Assembly: GCA_044220885.1 (NCBI GenBank)
Contig: JBGAQE010000003.1
Coordinates: 2,414-66,413 of the forward strand
From: Chitinophagaceae bacterium
GTDB lineage: Bacteria > Bacteroidota > Bacteroidia > Chitinophagales > Chitinophagaceae
Reading direction: 5' to 3'
DNA: 64,000 bases
Numbering within the stretch: the stretch's first letter is position 1; each line of letters opens with the position of its first letter. A program made the position numbers and the translations under genes. Shown piece by piece: positions 60,120-64,000 of this stretch. The notes beneath the pieces were generated by a model. That model was given only the letters and a program-made list of their open reading frames with translations. It made no database searches and was not told where the DNA came from.

Positions 60120-61790
60120 TCATTTTGTAAACATAGGCGGATGTTGCAATTCATAACGGGTTAGCTGCTGAAACCTGTTGGCAAATGCCGCAATAACAGC
60201 TTCACTATACAATTTACCACCAATGAATGTAATGCTCGGTGGTGCATTACCCGCTGTTGCCTTTCCAGCAGGTAAAGTGATACATGGGTTACCGGTAAGG
60301 CAGGTAAGTGCCATAGGCTCTTCAGCCATACTGGGTACAATAATTATATCGTATTTGCTGAGTAATGGGAAGGCCTGTTGCATAACCATATAGCGCAAGC
60401 GACAAACATTCAGGTATTCAACTGCAGGGATAAATCGGGCACTTCTGAACATGTTTGGATAGCGGCTTTGCCACTGTTGTACCATTTGGTCATCCTTACC
60501 CGATCGGGTGAGCGGATCAAATGCAGCTGCCGATTCTGCCGCCCAGATAGTTATTAGAAGGTCATTGGTATGTAAGTTGGAAGGGAAATCAATAGGTGCA
60601 ACCTGTATACCTGCTTTTTGCAATGTTTTAATAACCCCTCTTTCTGCACTGTTAGCTGGCAAACTATCGATATAGTTCTTGGCATATGCCACTTTGATCT
60701 TCTTCAAATCTACCTTATCTGAGTAATTAAACGGCATAGTTCGTGAAGCCCTGTCATACACATCGCTCCCGTGTATATACGCATATACAATGGCGCAATC
60801 TTCCGCATTACGGCAAATAGGTCCAATACGGTCGGAAGTCCATGCCAGATTCATACCACCGGTTCTTGCAACACTGCCAAATGTTGGCCGAAGTCCGGTA
60901 GCTCCGCAAACCGCAGCAGGAGCTACAATAGAACCATAGGTTTCTGTTCCAATAGCAAAGGGAACCAGTCCAGCAACAGCTGCAGATGCTGATCCGGCAG
61001 ATGATCCATTAGATCCTTGCTGCAGGTTCCAGGGATTTTTAGTCTGACCTCCAAACCATATATCATCCATCGCCAACTCTCCCATAGATAATTTGGCAAC
61101 CAAAACAGCCCCGGCAGCTTTTAATTGCTTATAAACAAAAGCATCTTCCTCTACCACCTGGTCTTTGAAGGGTGGAGTACCATATGTGGTTCTTGTACCT
61201 TTTACAGCAAACAAATCTTTAAGTCCATAAGGAATTCCTTGCAAGGGACTTTTAATAACCCCTTTTGCAAATGCCTCATCAGCTAGTTTAGCCTCCCTCA
61301 TAGCAATATCTTCTGTAAAACTGATGACACAATGCAATGTATCACCATGCCTTTTTAATCTATTTATAAAAAACTTGGTGAGTTGTACAGATGAAATTTT
61401 GTGCGACTTTAGTAAAGATGCCAACTGGGCGATAGAATAAAACGCCAGTTGGTTACTATCTTTTGGCAGAGCTACATTTACTGGAATTGTCCAATGTATT
61501 GGTTCCTGTTTAGTAGTAAATGTCATATTGGGCAACACAGGGTCAAACCAATTGGGAAGAGGGACGCTATTGGGCAAATCAAATCCATGCAGGTATCGGT
61601 AGAGCCTTAGGTTAGCATTCAACTGGTTCAGCATGGAATCTCTTTTTGCCTTGGTAAACTGCAAATCAAATAATTTCTCGCTGCTGATTATCTCATTTGA
61701 AGAAATATCCTGTGCGTGTATGGATATGCTATGAATGACAAGAAAGGTAACAATGGTAATTTTTCTTAAAAACAAGAATCTATTCTGCAT
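60120..61790 (-). CDS. Amidase signature family protein (secreted)
   Basis: PLQGIPYGLKDL, GSNGSSAGSASA and GTETYGSIVAPA..CG.TGLRPTFG. Confidence 0.93.
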   Translation of the reverse strand: MQNRFLFLRKITIVTFLVIHSISIHAQDISSNEIISSEKLFDLQFTKAKRDSMLNQLNANLRLYRYLHGFDLPNSVPLPNWFDPVLPNMTFTTKQEPIHWTIPVNVALPKDSNQLAFYSIAQLASLLKSHKISSVQLTKFFINRLKRHGDTLHCVISFTEDIAMREAKLADEAFAKGVIKSPLQGIPYGLKDLFAVKGTRTTYGTPPFKDQVVEEDAFVYKQLKAAGAVLVAKLSMGELAMDDIWFGGQTKNPWNLQQGSNGSSAGSASAAVAGLVPFAIGTETYGSIVAPAAVCGATGLRPTFGSVARTGGMNLAWTSDRIGPICRNAEDCAIVYAYIHGSDVYDRASRTMPFNYSDKVDLKKIKVAYAKNYIDSLPANSAERGVIKTLQKAGIQVAPIDFPSNLHTNDLLITIWAAESAAAFDPLTRSGKDDQMVQQWQSRYPNMFRSARFIPAVEYLNVCRLRYMVMQQAFPLLSKYDIIIVPSMAEEPMALTCLTGNPCITLPAGKATAGNAPPSITFIGGKLYSEAVIAAFANRFQQLTRYELQHPPMFTK

Positions 61791-61852
61791 ATCTGGTAAA
61801 GTATATTTATAAAAAGGGAACACATTTTATTAAAACAAAGTCTCATAATGCA

Positions 61853-62317
61853 TTAGTCCCGGCCATTAATATCCTTGATTATTTTTAAATGATGCTTTGT
61901 ATGTATTTCAAAAAATTTTATGGCCTGCTTTAATCGTAAATGCCCAAAAAACGGGTGTTCAAAATACTGTCGATGATCTAATTGTATAACTTCTTTCAAT
62001 TTATCTCTTGTTAATTTCAAATGTATTTCAAGTGTTGCCTGATTGATTTCATTTTGGGGTTGCACCGATTTGGGCGATTTTGCTTTTCCCCTCGGAATTC
62101 GTTGAGTCCCCATAATAAAAAACCTGCGTAGGTTGAACTTCCATTTATACTCCTCTTTGTTTGTTTTTGATAATCTTTCAATGACTCGATCGATTGTCAG
62201 CAAGGAGTGCTCAATCTGCCAACCGATATTCGATGCAGAAATATCCAATTCTTGTCTTTCATAAACCGGAATATATTTTTCCAAATCAGTAAGAAGTACT
62301 TCTAAGTTTCTCGTCAT
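61853..62317 (-). CDS. DinB-like (DUF1569) protein
   Basis: GWQIEHSL, HPFFG.L and IHTKHHL.II.DI. Confidence 0.85.
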   Translation of the reverse strand: MTRNLEVLLTDLEKYIPVYERQELDISASNIGWQIEHSLLTIDRVIERLSKTNKEEYKWKFNLRRFFIMGTQRIPRGKAKSPKSVQPQNEINQATLEIHLKLTRDKLKEVIQLDHRQYFEHPFFGHLRLKQAIKFFEIHTKHHLKIIKDINGRD

Positions 62318-62423
62318 CAGTTTGAATTTATACGAATGGGTTATATCTTACTACTTACTGTAACAAGGATTAACTGGGAAAAAAGAACTGAACAATATAA
62401 TAATTATAGTTGTAGAGTACTTT

Positions 62424-63095
62424 TCACCAAGAACACTCTGTTTGCGTCTCCACATTCCAAAATATTCCAGACCTAAATTCCTTAACTACAAATTCATAAA
62501 TCCGGCGTGCAGACTCTTCCGGCGACAATCGTCCATTTACATTACTCTTTGCAATTGTGGTCCTCACCCACCCGGGATGAATGGAAGCAACAGATTGCTT
62601 TCCTTTCAACCTGTTGGTCAAAATCTTCGTATACATATTTAATGCAGCTTTTGACATCCTATATGCTACGGAATCAGTCAATTCACAAAGTTCTATAGAT
62701 CCCATTTTGGAAGAAATATTGATTATTTTACCATTGGGTGATATATACTTACAAATTTGCTCCGTGAAAAAAGTGGTTCCTATAACATTTACATCAAATG
62801 TCTGCTTGAAACTGTTTTCTTCAGGATACTCCATATCCAAATCCGGTCCTATTCCAGCATTATTAATAACAATATCTAATTCTATTTTAAGATCCTTAAA
62901 ATCTGCTTCAAACTTCTGTATACTCTCAAGCCTTGATAAATCAAGTGGATATACTGTATACTTTGGATGTTGCAAGTCCTTGCTATCTCCTGCCCTGCAG
63001 GTTCCAATAACCGTATAACCATTCGCTAGAAATGTCTTAGCAAGCGCCAATCCAATGCCTTTGCTAGTTCCTGTAATCAATACGGTTTTACTCAT
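62424..63095 (-). CDS. Short-chain dehydrogenase/reductase (CsgA-like)
   Basis: TGTSKGIG, NNAGI, ISSKMGS, YRMSK and HPGWVRT. Confidence 0.93.
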   Translation of the reverse strand: MSKTVLITGTSKGIGLALAKTFLANGYTVIGTCRAGDSKDLQHPKYTVYPLDLSRLESIQKFEADFKDLKIELDIVINNAGIGPDLDMEYPEENSFKQTFDVNVIGTTFFTEQICKYISPNGKIINISSKMGSIELCELTDSVAYRMSKAALNMYTKILTNRLKGKQSVASIHPGWVRTTIAKSNVNGRLSPEESARRIYEFVVKEFRSGIFWNVETQTECSW

Positions 63096-63302
63096 CCTTA
63101 TAAATTGTACTTTGTTTATGTTAGAGTGATACTTCAGAATAAACGCATTTAATCATAGCCTATATCAAATAGCGATATCAGGTACTTGAAGCCAATACCA
63201 ATTTGCAGTTGTAATGAAGATACTAAAAATGGCTGGCACTTTACTATTGGGCAAATTTTGATAATATTCTACGTGAGATAAGTGCTTGCTGTACTATATT
63301 GA

Positions 63303-63617
63303 CTAAATCATTAACAACCAAAATCGATAGAAAAAACAGAATACTGCTATCATTAAGAAAGTAAAAGAACAGATAAGCAGTGTAAGGTTTTCCCTTTCCT
63401 TTCTGGCAAAAAAAAGAAAAATTATTGCTATTAAAGCAAAAGGAATAAAATACAGCTTAACATATAGTCGATTAAGCTCAGTTAAACCAAATAGAGCCCT
63501 GTTTTTCCCGCTAGCAGAAAGATAAATTTTTGCTAGATTATCGTTGTGAATCAGCAATCCAATGATACAAATGAGACTTGCGATAAAAGAAAAGAGTGAG
63601 TACTTCAAATTTTTCAA
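63303..63617 (-). CDS. Small hypothetical membrane protein
   Basis: Three TM helices; GKNRALFGL.EL; TTG start. Confidence 0.55.
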   Translation of the reverse strand: MKNLKYSLFSFIASLICIIGLLIHNDNLAKIYLSASGKNRALFGLTELNRLYVKLYFIPFALIAIIFLFFARKERENLTLLICSFTFLMIAVFCFFYRFWLLMI

Positions 63618-63704
63618 TGAAAATGCTTAATATAAAATCATAATCCAATGAGTGGCTTTACACATAACCTGAATATTGTTAATTGAGCTTATTGCAAAAG
63701 ATTG

Positions 63705-64000
63705 TCATTTCTCTTTAAGCTCAATGCAGTTTAGAAGTTTGGTAATCTCCTTAACGTCACCCTTTTGTCTGCTAATGCCTGTTTTCATTCTTAAATGCCA
63801 TTTGTCCGTCCCTTTGCTTTTGAACCAGTAAAAAACAGGTATCCAATTTTTGGATTTCACCACCAGGCTAAAATAGTTATCAAGTTCTGTTCTTTCAACA
63901 ATTAAATCTTCGGACCTGCAATTTAATTCGGTCTCATTTAACCACAAATCAATCCAATATTGGTCATTCTCAAATTGCTCAAGAGGAAATGAACCTTCTA
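63705..64000 (-). CDS. Hypothetical protein, partial (5' end beyond window)
   Basis: The frame stays open to the window end (EGSFPLEQFENDQYWIDLWLNETE...). Confidence 0.55.
   Translation of the reverse strand, partial: EGSFPLEQFENDQYWIDLWLNETELNCRSEDLIVERTELDNYFSLVVKSKNWIPVFYWFKSKGTDKWHLRMKTGISRQKGDVKEITKLLNCIELKEK

Noticed and set aside
2569-63018. Numerous short antisense or overlapping ORFs in the track (for example 2569, 2937, 7217, 20236, 29742, 51221, 53207, 62581)
   Set aside because: They are shadows of longer, motif-bearing genes on the opposite strand, or read through repeats.
1-64000. tRNA, rRNA, IS transposase or known defence systems
   Set aside because: No recognisable signatures were found by eye; tRNAscan, ISEScan and DefenseFinder were not run.

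Overview
AT-rich bacterial DNA whose gene families, Gln-terminated signal peptides and TAnnTTTG-type promoter boxes point to Bacteroidota, most likely Chitinophagaceae (inference). It is an accessory, non-core region of about 55 mostly small genes, largely on the minus strand. These encode secreted hydrolases (three beta-lactamase-family serine hydrolases, an erythromycin esterase, an amidase, an esterase, an M23 peptidase, two large glycoside hydrolases), DinB/VOC/SRPBCC/DUF stress and detox proteins, three LytTR regulatory modules with visible 21-bp-period sites, a FIST + multi-GAF histidine kinase locus, and three tandem signal-peptide-bearing 'tail fibre'/Peptidase_S74 paralogues with no phage context. 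No rRNA, tRNA, CRISPR array, integrase or transposase was seen. The most striking non-coding signal is two families of dispersed palindromes that share GGTTGT...ACAACC ends. They sit on or within about 12 nt of stop codons (10 of 11 copies), cluster regionally, and one copy shows compensatory base changes. Further hairpin and tandem elements with 8-9-bp periodicity are also present. The most unusual protein is a two-domain retropepsin-like protein with both catalytic Asp replaced by His. The stretch ~41.8-49 kb has many indels, probably assembly errors, that break four genes.
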